A stretch of 57,087 nucleotides of DNA from Bacillales bacterium (lineage in GTDB: Bacteria; Bacillota_I; Bacilli_A; RFN20; CAG-288). Below the pieces are notes generated by a model. The model saw only the letters and a list, made by a program, of their open reading frames with translations. It did not search any database and was not told where the DNA came from. The stretch covers positions 1 to 57,087 of the forward strand of contig JAJVUU010000001.1 in the NCBI GenBank assembly GCA_021621525.1, written 5' to 3'. Shown piece after piece: positions 10,250 to 19,916 of this stretch. Position numbers and translations under genes: made by a program. Numbering within the stretch: position 1 is the stretch's first letter; each line of letters starts with the position of its first letter.

Positions 10250-11125
10250 ATGAAAAGAAGTAAGAAGAAAGAACTTGAACTGACACCGATCGATGAAAAG
10301 ATTCCCAAGGATTCTGCCATATACCTGGAGAATCTTTCTTTCGGATACGAGGAAGGAACCCTCAACATCAAGAAGGTCAACGTCGATATCAAGAAAGGTC
10401 AGTCCATCGCCTTCATCGGCCACAACGGATCTGGCAAGTCCACCCTTGCCAAGCTCATCGATGGCATCCTCGTCCAGAACGAAGGTGACATCTATCTTTT
10501 CGGTGTCAAGATGACCGATGAGAATGCCTTGATCCTGAGGAAAAACATCGGCCTGGTCTTTCAAAATCCGGATTCGCAGTTCATCGGTGCAACCGTCCGG
10601 GATGATATCGCCTTCGGATTGGAAAACGAATGTGTCGATCCAAAGAAGATGAATGACATCATCTTGGATTGTGCCAAAAAAGTTGGTATGGAAGACTTTT
10701 TGGATAAAGAACCGACTCATCTTTCCGGAGGGCAGAAGCAGAGAGTTGCCATCGCCGGAGCCATTGCCCGGAATCCGAAGATCCTGATTCTCGATGAGGC
10801 CGGTGCCATGCTCGATCCGAAAGGAAAGAGGCAGATCCGTGAAATCATCAAGCAACGCAAGAAGGAGAACCCGGACCTTACCATCATCAACATCACCCAT
10901 GAGATCGATGAAGCCTATGATTCTGACAGGGTACTGGTCATGAACGAAGGAAATCTCATCATGGATGGTACGCCTGATGTCGTCTTCCAGCAGGGTGAGC
11001 TTCTGAAGAAGATTCATCTCGACATCCCCTTTGCCCACAAGCTTGCCAAGGAGTTGAGTGCTCTCGGCCTGGATATGGAGGGCATCAAGAACGATGAGGA
11101 GCTTTACGATAGATTATGTCGATAA
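10250..11125 (+). CDS. ecfA1: ECF transporter ATPase component EcfA1
   Basis: 291 aa. Walker A is GHNGSGKST, the signature is LSGGQKQRVAIA, and Walker B is ILILDEA. It is followed by a second ATPase, ecfT and truA. Confidence 0.85.
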   Translation: MKRSKKKELELTPIDEKIPKDSAIYLENLSFGYEEGTLNIKKVNVDIKKGQSIAFIGHNGSGKSTLAKLIDGILVQNEGDIYLFGVKMTDENALILRKNIGLVFQNPDSQFIGATVRDDIAFGLENECVDPKKMNDIILDCAKKVGMEDFLDKEPTHLSGGQKQRVAIAGAIARNPKILILDEAGAMLDPKGKRQIREIIKQRKKENPDLTIINITHEIDEAYDSDRVLVMNEGNLIMDGTPDVVFQQGELLKKIHLDIPFAHKLAKELSALGLDMEGIKNDEELYDRLCR

Positions 11126-12036
11126 AACTTGAGAATGTCTGCTATACCTATAATCCACACAGACCAGGTGAAGTCCATGCCCTTGATGATATCAATCTTC
11201 TTTTTGAAGACCACTGCTTCACTGCCCTGATCGGCAAGACCGGTTCTGGAAAATCAACCCTGATCCAACAGCTCAACGGTCTTCTTTTGCCGACCACAGG
11301 GAAGATCACCATTCAGGACTACCTCATCGACATGTCCATCATCTATAAAAAGAATGGAAAAGTCAATGTCCGTCAGATGAAGAAGAAGCACAAAAAGAAG
11401 CTAAAGGACGTCAAGTTGCTTCGCAAACGTGTCGGCATCGTCTTCCAGTTCCCGGAATACCAGATTTTTGAAGAGACCGTCCTGAAGGATGTTGCCTTCG
11501 GTCCGAAGAACTTCGGTCTTTCCGAAGAGGAAAGCATCCGCCAGGCCAAGGAAGCTCTCAGCCTGACCGGTCTATCCGAAAGCTATTATGAAAGAAGTCC
11601 GTTCGAGCTTTCCGGTGGCGAAAAAAGAAGAGTTGCCATCGCCGGCATTTTGGCCATGAAGCCTGATGTCCTCGTCCTTGATGAACCGACCGTAGGTCTC
11701 GATGCAGCAGGAGAAGAGAACCTCATGTCTCTTGTGACAAAGCTCTATGAGTCAGGGACTTCCATCATCCTAGCCACCCACAACATGGATGTCGTCTTGA
11801 AATATGCAACCCGTGCCATCGTCCTTGAAAAAGGAAAAGTCATTTTGGATTCCACACCGCTCAAATTGTTCCAGGATCAGAAATTCCTTGAAACATCCTC
11901 CATTGAACCTCCAAAGGTGTTTCGTTTTGCCATTGACCTTGTCAAAGGTGGACTGCCTCTTGATTTGAATCATGTCTTCGACTGTCATTCTCTTGCTCGG
12001 GAGATTGTCAAAGTCAAGAAAGGAGGCGTGAAATGA
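11116..12036 (+). CDS. ecfA2: ECF transporter ATPase component EcfA2
   Basis: 306 aa. Walker A is GKTGSGKST, the signature is LSGGEKRRVAIA, and Walker B is VLVLDEP. A Lys-rich insertion lies after Walker A. Confidence 0.85.
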   Translation: MSIKLENVCYTYNPHRPGEVHALDDINLLFEDHCFTALIGKTGSGKSTLIQQLNGLLLPTTGKITIQDYLIDMSIIYKKNGKVNVRQMKKKHKKKLKDVKLLRKRVGIVFQFPEYQIFEETVLKDVAFGPKNFGLSEEESIRQAKEALSLTGLSESYYERSPFELSGGEKRRVAIAGILAMKPDVLVLDEPTVGLDAAGEENLMSLVTKLYESGTSIILATHNMDVVLKYATRAIVLEKGKVILDSTPLKLFQDQKFLETSSIEPPKVFRFAIDLVKGGLPLDLNHVFDCHSLAREIVKVKKGGVK

Positions 12037-12905
12037 ACACTTCCCTAGGCAAATACCAGGCTTACGACACCTTTGTCCACAGGCTTGATGCAAGAGTCAA
12101 GCTTGTCACCATGATTGTTCTCATGGTCGCAAGCTTCATGACCTATGTCAGCAATCCTTTCATGAACCTGACCATCTATCTAGGTCTTCTTGTCATCCTG
12201 ATTCTTCTTTCTTTCCTCTCCAAGGTCTCCTTCTTATCCGTCTTCCGTTCCCTTTTAGGCATCTGGGTGATGATTCTCTTTGTCCTGATATTGAACGTCT
12301 TCTTCATGAAGCCGAGTGATCCGAGCGTCGGCATCGCCTTCAGCATCGGCTCTCTTCACATCTATTGGATGGCCATCATCAACATGCTCTATGTCTTAAG
12401 CAGGCTGGTCCTCGTCATCGTCATCACCAACATCTTCACTTCGACGACAAAGCCGATGGAAATGACCAATGCACTGGAATGGCTCTTCTATCCGCTTTCC
12501 CTGATCCATGTTCCGATTCACAAGTTTGCCATGGCCATCTCTTTGGCTCTTCGCTTCATCCCGACGCTCCAGGAAGAGACCTCCAGGATCATGAAGGCTC
12601 AGGCCAGCCGTGGTGTCGACTTTGAACAGGGAAAACTCAAGGACAAGGTCAAGTCCCTGATATCCCTCATCATTCCTTTGTTCATGTCTGCCTTTACGAC
12701 ATCCGGTCAGCTTGCCGATGCCATGGAAGCCAGGGGATATGATCCAAACAGCAGAAGAACCAAGTACAAGACCAACAAATGGTCTATCCGAGATGTGATC
12801 GGATGTCTCTTCTGTGCCCTTCTCATATCTGCCATCGTCCTCCTTTGCGTCTTCAAGCCCGACCTCTATCTCTACTTCAACATTCCGCTTCCGAGGATTT
12901 CCTGA
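12033..12905 (+). CDS. ecfT: ECF transporter transmembrane component EcfT
   Basis: 290 aa and polytopic. It has the CbiQ/EcfT-like ARG motifs (MKAQASRGVD, AMEARGYD). Confidence 0.8.
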   Translation: MNTSLGKYQAYDTFVHRLDARVKLVTMIVLMVASFMTYVSNPFMNLTIYLGLLVILILLSFLSKVSFLSVFRSLLGIWVMILFVLILNVFFMKPSDPSVGIAFSIGSLHIYWMAIINMLYVLSRLVLVIVITNIFTSTTKPMEMTNALEWLFYPLSLIHVPIHKFAMAISLALRFIPTLQEETSRIMKAQASRGVDFEQGKLKDKVKSLISLIIPLFMSAFTTSGQLADAMEARGYDPNSRRTKYKTNKWSIRDVIGCLFCALLISAIVLLCVFKPDLYLYFNIPLPRIS

Positions 12906-13672
12906 TGAAGGTCTTCATCCGAATCGCCTTTTGCGGCACTGCCTTTTATGGAACGCAGAAGCTTCCCGGGAACGAAACCATCCAAGGCCTTTTTGAGAAC
13001 CTTCTCTCCCGTATCTATGACCATCCTGTCAAGGTCACCATATCATCCAGGCTTGACAGAGGCGTCCATGCCCTTGACTTCGGAATGTCCTTCGACATCG
13101 ACAGCGATTCCATCGGGACCGAGCATCTTCAATACTATCTGAGAAGGAGCGTCGGAAAAGACGTTCTCATCAAATCCGTCTGCTATGCAAAGGATGACTT
13201 CTCTCCCCGCTATTCCATGAATAGCAAGACTTACCTCTATCTGATACAGAACGAAAAGAACTACAATCCGCTCCTCATTCCATATACCTGCGTTCCAAAG
13301 GAACCATTGGATGTCATGAAGGCAAGGGAAGCTCTCTTCCTCTTTGTCGGGAAACATGATTTCCGGTTCTTTTCCACTCCGGAAGGAGATGAGAACACCA
13401 TTCTGGAAATCGAAGATGCCTTGCTTTCTGAAAAAGACGGTCTTCTTCAGATCCGCTTTGTCGGCAAGGCTTTCTTAAGATATCAGGTCCGCTTCATGGT
13501 CGGCGCCATCCTCAGCCATTGCCAGGGAAGAATGAGTCTTATGGAAATCAAGTCAGCCTTGGAAGGAAGCAAGTGTACTCATTTCAAATACAAGGCTGAA
13601 CCTCAGGGACTGATTCTTCAAAGCATCGACTATCCGGATTTCCCAGACAGTTCCCCCATAAGGCTCCTATGA
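12905..13672 (+). CDS. truA: tRNA pseudouridine(38-40) synthase TruA
   Basis: 255 aa from ATG 12905 (TGATG overlap with ecfT). The catalytic-Asp motif is SRLDRGVHA, and the ecfT-truA synteny is conserved. The track's start at 12779 lies inside ecfT. Confidence 0.8.
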   Translation: MKVFIRIAFCGTAFYGTQKLPGNETIQGLFENLLSRIYDHPVKVTISSRLDRGVHALDFGMSFDIDSDSIGTEHLQYYLRRSVGKDVLIKSVCYAKDDFSPRYSMNSKTYLYLIQNEKNYNPLLIPYTCVPKEPLDVMKAREALFLFVGKHDFRFFSTPEGDENTILEIEDALLSEKDGLLQIRFVGKAFLRYQVRFMVGAILSHCQGRMSLMEIKSALEGSKCTHFKYKAEPQGLILQSIDYPDFPDSSPIRLL

Positions 13673-13744
13673 GTCTGAAGAAGGGATGGCTTTCTTCAAA
13701 AAAACGGATAATTTCGAAAACCAAAGGAATATTACATCTGTAAA

Positions 13745-13753
13745 TGATATAAT
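13745..13753 (+). promoter_or_regulatory. Extended -10 promoter (TGATATAAT)
   Basis: TGaTATAAT lies 22 nt upstream of ATG 13775, with an AGGAG SD in between. Confidence 0.45.
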
Positions 13754-13774
13754 GTTTCCGCTTAGGAGCACATC

Positions 13775-14485
13775 ATGTCAAAACAAAAAGGCAACAGCAC
13801 CAACTTCAAGAACGTCTGTCATCAGTTCTTCAGAAAAGAAGACATCTTTTTGGTTCCCAACATCCTGTGCTACATCCGTGTGCTGCTGATTGCCGGCTTC
13901 ATGGCCTGCTATCTGATACCTTTCTCCATCAACGGAAACAGCCTTGCCCATATCTATATCGCCACAGGCATCATGATGTTAGCTGCCTATAGCGACTTCA
14001 TCGATGGTTTCATCGCCAGGACGTTCGACCAGAAATCGGAGTTGGGGAAATTCTTGGATCCCGTCGCCGATAAGCTATTGCAGCTTGCCATCATCGTGGT
14101 CATCCTGATCCACAAGCATTCCTCTGCCTTCGTCAACGTCATGTTCGGTGTCTTCATTGCCAAGGAAATCACCCTCTTCTTTGAAGACTTCTTCCTAGCC
14201 AGGCACAACACGGCCATGAACGGTGCAAAATGGTATGGCAAGCTTTCATCCTTCGTCTTCTACGTCATGACGGCATTCATCCTGATCGGCATTCCGATCA
14301 TAAATGCCTATGTCGAGCTGCCGACGACCGAACATATGGTCAACGTCATGATTGATGTCAGCTGTATCGTCGTCATATTCTGTCTTGTATTGGCCTGGGT
14401 CCTCTATTTCAGGCTGTTTGTCATATTGATGAAGAAAGCCCAACAAAAAGGCAATGCTTCACCAAGGGAGGAAAAACATGATTAA
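13775..14485 (+). CDS. CDP-alcohol phosphatidyltransferase (PgsA-like)
   Basis: 236 aa and polytopic. It carries the motif DFIDGFIARTFDQKSELGKFLDPVADK, which fits D-x2-DG-x2-AR-x8-G-x3-D-x3-D. Confidence 0.8.
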   Translation: MSKQKGNSTNFKNVCHQFFRKEDIFLVPNILCYIRVLLIAGFMACYLIPFSINGNSLAHIYIATGIMMLAAYSDFIDGFIARTFDQKSELGKFLDPVADKLLQLAIIVVILIHKHSSAFVNVMFGVFIAKEITLFFEDFFLARHNTAMNGAKWYGKLSSFVFYVMTAFILIGIPIINAYVELPTTEHMVNVMIDVSCIVVIFCLVLAWVLYFRLFVILMKKAQQKGNASPREEKHD

Positions 14486-14981
14486 GATTTATTCTTCACC
14501 GAGCTGCTCGAGCTGCAGGAAGGTCAAAGCCTGGTTTGACAACGAACATATCCCCTATATCGAAATCAACATCCTGAAAGAAAAGCTGACGGAAGATGAT
14601 CTCAAGGAGATGCTTGAGAAGTCATTGGACGGAACCGATGAGATCATCTCGACCAGAAGCAAGATATTCAAGGAACAGCATATCGATGTCGACAAGATGT
14701 CAGTCAGGCAGCTTCTTAGCTTCATCCAGGAAAATCCAAGCATCCTCAAGCGTCCCATCATCGTCGATGATTCCAAGATCCAGGTCGGATACAATTCCGA
14801 TGAGATTGAAATCTTCGAACGCGAGAAGAGGAATATCGAGAAAGCCAAGGCTCTTGCCAAGGCTACCTGCCAGGCCTGTCAGCACAGGGCAGGATGCATG
14901 CATCTCTTCGATGATACAAAAGACAAGCTTGCTTCCGTCAAGCCTGCCAAGACTGAATTCTGCGACGGAAACTGTGATTGA
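14478..14981 (+). CDS. spx: Spx/ArsC-family redox regulator with a 37-aa Cys-rich C-terminal extension
   Basis: 167 aa from ATG 14478 (GGGAGG SD). The N-terminus MIKIYSSPSCSSCRKVKAWF has the CxxC motif. The segments DGTDEIISTRSK and RPIIVDD..IQVGYN are Spx-like. The tail is TCQACQHRAGCMH...FCDGNCD. Confidence 0.8.
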   Translation: MIKIYSSPSCSSCRKVKAWFDNEHIPYIEINILKEKLTEDDLKEMLEKSLDGTDEIISTRSKIFKEQHIDVDKMSVRQLLSFIQENPSILKRPIIVDDSKIQVGYNSDEIEIFEREKRNIEKAKALAKATCQACQHRAGCMHLFDDTKDKLASVKPAKTEFCDGNCD

Positions 14982-15008
14982 GCACCTGCGGGTGCTTTTC
15001 TTCTTTCA
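14981..15008 (+). terminator. Intrinsic terminator after spx
   Basis: The stem AGCACC / GGTGCT (4-nt loop) is followed by a T-rich run, TTTTCTTCTTT. Confidence 0.6.
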
Positions 15009-15095
15009 CAGAGCTTCCTGTTTTTTATATTTTTGGTACTATTGTTTTATATTGATACATAGTATAATTATTGCAACATAATTTAGGAGACATAC

Positions 15096-15683
15096 ATGAA
15101 CGAAACATCCATCAAAGAGGACTCCCGCGTACTCAGGTCCAAGAGAGATCTCGCCAATGCCTTAGAAGAGCTGCTCCAGGAAAAGAACCTGGACGATATT
15201 TCCATCACCGAGATCACCAAGCGTGCCATGGTCAGCAAAAACACATTCTATAACAATTTCGAAGACAAGAGCAGCCTTCTGAATTTCCTGTTCAGAAGAT
15301 ATGCCATCCAGCTCGACCAGACCATCAAGAAAATCCTTGACAACAAGACCGACGACAAGGAAGCAAACCTCTACGAATGTGCCAAGGCCATCGTCCACTT
15401 CTTCTATTCTTCCAAGCTGTCCTTTGAGAAGATTGTCAAATCAGACAAATCAAAGAACCTCTATTGGGCCGTCAACGCCTTCATCAAGGATATCGTCGAA
15501 GAGATCATCAACCGCTATTCCGAATACTTCAATCAGAACCTTCCGCAGAATCTGATCGGATATGTCTATGCCGGTGCCATTTCCAATATGATCTACTATA
15601 TGTATAACGAAGAGACATCGGTCAGTGAGGATGAATGCATCCAATACATCTACAATCTTCTCACCAGACCTGTTCTGAAATAA
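15096..15683 (+). CDS. TetR/AcrR-family transcriptional regulator
   Basis: 195 aa. The N-terminal HTH is ISITEITKRAMVSKNTFYNNFEDK. Confidence 0.8.
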   Translation: MNETSIKEDSRVLRSKRDLANALEELLQEKNLDDISITEITKRAMVSKNTFYNNFEDKSSLLNFLFRRYAIQLDQTIKKILDNKTDDKEANLYECAKAIVHFFYSSKLSFEKIVKSDKSKNLYWAVNAFIKDIVEEIINRYSEYFNQNLPQNLIGYVYAGAISNMIYYMYNEETSVSEDECIQYIYNLLTRPVLK

Positions 15684-15685
15684 CC

Positions 15686-16147
15686 ATGAAAGAGAAAATA
15701 CTTGTATCCGCCTGCCTTGTCGGTGAGAACTGCCGATATGACGGAAAGAATCAAAAAAGCAGCGACATATTGAAACTGACCAAATACTATGACCTCATCC
15801 CGATGTGTCCGGAAGTGAGCGGAGGTCTGAAGACTCCCCGCAGGCCGAGCGAAATCCAGGGGACGAAGGTCGTCATGGACAACGGGAGGGATGTCACGGA
15901 CAACTATCATGACGGAGCCTATTGGGCCAGTCAGATCGTACGCATGTATCACATCCGCCTTGCCATATTGAAAGAAAAGTCACCCAGCTGCGGAGTCCAT
16001 CTCATCTATGACGGAACCTTTTCCGGAAAGACCATCGAAGGGAAAGGTATCACGACGAGGAAGCTGGAATCCATGGGCGTAAAAGTCATCAACGAGGATG
16101 AAGCCAGACAGCTGCTTTCCCAGCTGGAAGCAAATCAGACAAAATAA
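15686..16147 (+). CDS. DUF523-family protein (TudS-like Cys-rich fold)
   Basis: 153 aa from ATG 15686. It has ILVSACLVGENCRYDG.. and ..PMCPEV.GGL.TPR, which are typical of DUF523. Confidence 0.6.
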   Translation: MKEKILVSACLVGENCRYDGKNQKSSDILKLTKYYDLIPMCPEVSGGLKTPRRPSEIQGTKVVMDNGRDVTDNYHDGAYWASQIVRMYHIRLAILKEKSPSCGVHLIYDGTFSGKTIEGKGITTRKLESMGVKVINEDEARQLLSQLEANQTK

Positions 16148-16202
16148 GAAGCATGCCAAAAAGGAGGTTCTCTCTTTCTTGGCATTTTTTGGAGGAACAC
16201 CA

Positions 16203-17186
16203 ATGAAGACATTCAAGATAGCGGGCATCGAAATCAAATCCAGATACGTCCTTGCTCCTCTTGCAGGGTACACCGACTACTCCTTAAGGAAACTAGCCAG
16301 CGACAACGGGGCCGGACTTGTCTATACCGAGATGGAATCCTGCGAATCCCTGTACTACAATTCAAAGCAGACAAAGCAGGATCTGAAGGATACCCATCTT
16401 GACAGAAAGACAGAGCCTGGCACAAAGCTTGCCCTTCAGATCTTCGGTGGAAAGAAAGACATCATCCTGAAATCAATCCCGATGTTCGAAAACCTGGGAG
16501 AATATGACTTCCTTGACTTCAACTGCGGATGTCCGGTCCCCAAGGTCATCCGCCAGAATGCCGGTTCAGCCTGGCTCAACAGACCAGATGAACTGATCGA
16601 CCTGATGAAGGATATCGTCAGAATATCCAACAAACCGGTCATCATCAAGATCCGCATCGGTTTTTCCGAAATCATGGACATCGTTTACTTATGCAAGAAG
16701 CTTGAGGAAGTCGGTGTCAAGGCTATCGCCGTACACGGAAGGACAAGAAGCGAAATGTTCTCTTCCCCTGTCCATTACGACGTCATCCATGACATCAAGA
16801 GGAATGTCGGAATTCCGGTCATCGCAAACGGACTGATTGACAGCAACAATTTCCAGGACATATTTGACAAGACAAAGGCCGATGCCGTGATGATCGGGCA
16901 GAAAGCCGTCGGATATCCGAAGATCTTCGAAAACATGACCAGGATTGAAGAAGGGTTGAAAGAAAATCCGGATACACTGAAAAGACAGATCGATGATTTA
17001 AAGAAACAGATGGATCTTCTCTATCAAATCAAGGACGAACACCAGGCATCCGGCATCCTGCGCTCCGTTTCCGTCCACTATATGAAGGGATTTGACAACA
17101 TCAAGAAGTATCGCATCGCCTTGGTCCACTGCGAAACACACCAGCAATACCTGGATGTTCTCAATAATATGCAAAATGAGCAATAG
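16203..17186 (+). CDS. dus: tRNA-dihydrouridine synthase
   Basis: 327 aa from ATG 16203 (GGAGGA SD). It has LAPLAGYTDYSLRKL, NCGCP and AVHGRTR motifs. Confidence 0.85.
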   Translation: MKTFKIAGIEIKSRYVLAPLAGYTDYSLRKLASDNGAGLVYTEMESCESLYYNSKQTKQDLKDTHLDRKTEPGTKLALQIFGGKKDIILKSIPMFENLGEYDFLDFNCGCPVPKVIRQNAGSAWLNRPDELIDLMKDIVRISNKPVIIKIRIGFSEIMDIVYLCKKLEEVGVKAIAVHGRTRSEMFSSPVHYDVIHDIKRNVGIPVIANGLIDSNNFQDIFDKTKADAVMIGQKAVGYPKIFENMTRIEEGLKENPDTLKRQIDDLKKQMDLLYQIKDEHQASGILRSVSVHYMKGFDNIKKYRIALVHCETHQQYLDVLNNMQNEQ

Positions 17187-17252
17187 CATGCTCAAAACTC
17201 TATACTTTGCACATTTTGAATGCTAAAATAGTTCCGTTAACGGAGATTCTAT

Positions 17253-18032
17253 ATGGGACAGAAAACAAGAGATGAAGAAATACTGAGGATTTTGGAAGAA
17301 AGCCCAAGTCAATTCGTATCCGTAGAATCCCTCGCCGAGTACTTCAAGACGAGTGAATCTACCATCCGCAGGGATCTGCAGAGGATGGGCCAGGAGCACC
17401 GGCTCCTTCGTGTCCATGGCGGAGCTGCCAGTCTGCACTTCTCCGGAAACTTCAAATTCGACAGGGTCGACAAGGAATACCTTGAAAGAGAGCGGTCCGA
17501 ACCGGAGGTCAAGAAGACCATCGCCAAAAGAGCTGCCCAGTTCATCAAGGATGGTTCCTGCGTCTACATGGATGCATCCACGACGGTCGCAAGCATGATT
17601 CCTTTCCTTCCCCAGACGAAGAACACCTATTACGTCACCAATTCGCCTCTTCTTGCCCAGAAACTGGCTGAAAGAGGTCTTCCCTGCTATGTCACCGGAG
17701 GAGAGCTGAAGATATCCACCAACGCCTTCATCGGAAGCTATGCCTTGGATTTCCTGAAGAGATTCAACTTCGATGTCGGCTTCTTTGGAACCAACGGCAT
17801 CCATCCACAGGCCAAGTTCACGACACCTGACCCACAGGAATGTGCCATCAAATCCACCGTCATCACCAAATGCTATTCCGTCTACATTCTCGCCGACAAT
17901 ACTAAGTTTGACAATATCGCTACTGCTACCTTCTGTGATTTCACCAGGCCGATTCTCATCACGGATCACTGCGATGACAAATATCGTTCCCTGATCAAGA
18001 CAATCGAAGTCTGTCCGATAGTCAGAAAATAA
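17253..18032 (+). CDS. fruR: DeoR-family transcriptional repressor (FruR-like)
   Basis: 259 aa. The N-terminal wHTH is VSVESLAEYFKTSESTIRRDLQ, followed by a DeoR C-terminal sugar-binding domain. It sits directly upstream of fruK. Confidence 0.75.
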   Translation: MGQKTRDEEILRILEESPSQFVSVESLAEYFKTSESTIRRDLQRMGQEHRLLRVHGGAASLHFSGNFKFDRVDKEYLERERSEPEVKKTIAKRAAQFIKDGSCVYMDASTTVASMIPFLPQTKNTYYVTNSPLLAQKLAERGLPCYVTGGELKISTNAFIGSYALDFLKRFNFDVGFFGTNGIHPQAKFTTPDPQECAIKSTVITKCYSVYILADNTKFDNIATATFCDFTRPILITDHCDDKYRSLIKTIEVCPIVRK

Positions 18033-18048
18033 AAAGGAGCCTTATCAA

Positions 18049-18978
18049 ATGATTTATTCACTTACTGTTGCACCGGCAATCGACTATTCCCTGTCCATGG
18101 GTGACAACCCGATCAAAATCGATGGTGTCAACCGTCCAAGGAACGACGGCATGTCCTTGGGAGGAAAAGGCGTCACCGTCTCCAAGATGCTCAAGAACCT
18201 GAAGATTGAATCCATTCCGGTCGTTGCCATCGGCGGCAAGGTCGGCAATGATATCAAGGAGCTTGTCGATGCTGATTTCGACAAAGCCGTCTATCTTCCG
18301 ACAATCGGAGATTCCAGAATCGATGTCGTCATCACCGGTTCCATCCATGATCTGAGATTTGATCCTTCTGCCCCCAAGATCTCAAACGAAGGTCTTGACA
18401 AAATGTTCGACTTCTTCCGTCAGAACCTGAAGAAGGACGACATCGTCATCCTTTCCGGTTCCCTCGGGCAGGAAAAGAAAGACCTTTATCAGGTCCTGAT
18501 GAGAGACTATATCAATCCTGTCGGTGCCATCACGATTCTCGATACGGTCGGTCAGTGCCTGAACAATGCCTTAAGCGAGCATCCATTCATGATCAAACCG
18601 AACGAAGAAGAGCTTGCCGAACTTGTCGGAAGAGAAATGAAGAATGATGAAGACATCCTTCTTGGTGGCGAAGAGATGAAGCTCAAGGGTCCTAAGACCG
18701 TCCTTGTCACCCTCGGAAAGAAGGGTGCCTACTACTTTGCCGAAGACGGACACATCTATCACTGCTCCAATGCCCACGGAACACAGGTCTCTGCCGTCGG
18801 TGCAGGAGACTCCTCCATCGCAGGATTCATCAAGGGTCTTGCCGAAGGGAAGTCCATCGAAGAACGTCTCCAGTACTCCATGGCTGCCGGAGGAGCCACG
18901 GCATTCAGCGAACATCTGGGTTCCTATGAACTCTGGAAATCGCTTCTTCCGCAGATCAAGGTCACCAAAATCAAATAG
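18049..18978 (+). CDS. fruK: 1-phosphofructokinase / tagatose-6-phosphate kinase (PfkB family)
   Basis: 309 aa. It has the PfkB motifs GGKG and VSAVGAGDSSIAGF. Confidence 0.8.
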   Translation: MIYSLTVAPAIDYSLSMGDNPIKIDGVNRPRNDGMSLGGKGVTVSKMLKNLKIESIPVVAIGGKVGNDIKELVDADFDKAVYLPTIGDSRIDVVITGSIHDLRFDPSAPKISNEGLDKMFDFFRQNLKKDDIVILSGSLGQEKKDLYQVLMRDYINPVGAITILDTVGQCLNNALSEHPFMIKPNEEELAELVGREMKNDEDILLGGEEMKLKGPKTVLVTLGKKGAYYFAEDGHIYHCSNAHGTQVSAVGAGDSSIAGFIKGLAEGKSIEERLQYSMAAGGATAFSEHLGSYELWKSLLPQIKVTKIK

Positions 18979-18984
18979 AAAAAA

Positions 18985-19028
18985 ATCCCCGATGAGGTTT
19001 CTAAGAAGCCCGTCGGGGATTTTATTTT
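18985..19028. terminator. Bidirectional intrinsic terminator between the convergent fruK and mutarotase genes
   Basis: An 8-bp stem ATCCCCGA / TCGGGGAT is flanked by an A-run upstream and TTTATTTT downstream. Confidence 0.7.
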
Positions 19029-19032
19029 GCCG

Positions 19033-19905
19033 TCACTTGATTTCCAAGGAATAGGAGAAGGTGGTCTCTTGCTTCGGAGATAGGATGTTCATACCGATCT
19101 TCCTATCAAGCTCTGGATCCGCATCCTGATAATCTGGAATGCCGTTCCATGGTTCGATGGCGACGAAGTTGCCATAGCTGTTTCCAGACCACAGGGCAAG
19201 ATACTTGCTCTTCTTTCTCATGGTGATGCTGGAGGCATCGCTTTTTTCAAGCCTGATGGTGTCAAAGCCATCCGCTTTGAAGATATAGGTATTGATTTTT
19301 TCAAACAGCTTCTTGGAAAGAGGAATCTCCTTGACCGTTCCATAGTCTTCCACACCCGTATTGAAGGAGCAGGTCTCCTCCTGGGTGATTCTGACAAGAC
19401 CGGTCTTCTTTTCAAAGACGATTTTGTTTCCGGAAATATCAAATTCCTTATCCGTCCTTGTGCCAGGAAGAAGGAAAGCCGGATGTCCGCCTACCATATA
19501 GGGCATGTCTTCCTCCGATTCGTTTCTGATGACATAGGATACCAAAAGGACGTTTCCCTTCAGTTCATAGCGAGAAGAAGCGAAGAAGGAAAAGGGATAG
19601 TGAAGAAGCGTATCCTCATCCGAATGGAAATCCACATGCAGGGAAGTCCTGTCGCTTTCACCCTTTCCCGTCATATAGCGGATCAAGCCGTGATTCTTCA
19701 TCGAATAGCTTTTCCCTCTATAGGTATAGGTTTGGTCGACAAGCCTTGCAACAAAAGGAAAGATGAAGACATCCTGTCCCTTCCAGGAATCCTCTATCGG
19801 CTGATAGAGAAGCTCCTTTCCTCTCTTCTTGTCATAGATGGATGTCATGCTTCCACCTTTTTCATTGACTGCAACTTTCAGAAATTCATTTTCGATCGTT
19901 AACAT
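19033..19905 (-). CDS. Aldose 1-epimerase-family protein (mutarotase-like)
   Basis: 290 aa. The N-terminus LTIENEFLKVAVNEKGGSMTSIYDKKRGKELLY and the GGHPAF motif are typical of the family. Confidence 0.7.
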   Translation of the reverse strand: MLTIENEFLKVAVNEKGGSMTSIYDKKRGKELLYQPIEDSWKGQDVFIFPFVARLVDQTYTYRGKSYSMKNHGLIRYMTGKGESDRTSLHVDFHSDEDTLLHYPFSFFASSRYELKGNVLLVSYVIRNESEEDMPYMVGGHPAFLLPGTRTDKEFDISGNKIVFEKKTGLVRITQEETCSFNTGVEDYGTVKEIPLSKKLFEKINTYIFKADGFDTIRLEKSDASSITMRKKSKYLALWSGNSYGNFVAIEPWNGIPDYQDADPELDRKIGMNILSPKQETTFSYSLEIK

Positions 19906-19916
19906 GTTGATTCTCC

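Noticed and set aside
15040-15070. There may be a TetR operator or promoter upstream of the TetR gene (TATAAT at 15063..15068 with nearby imperfect dyad symmetry).
   Set aside because: The -35 spacing is poor and the dyad is too imperfect to support by eye, so I did not call it.
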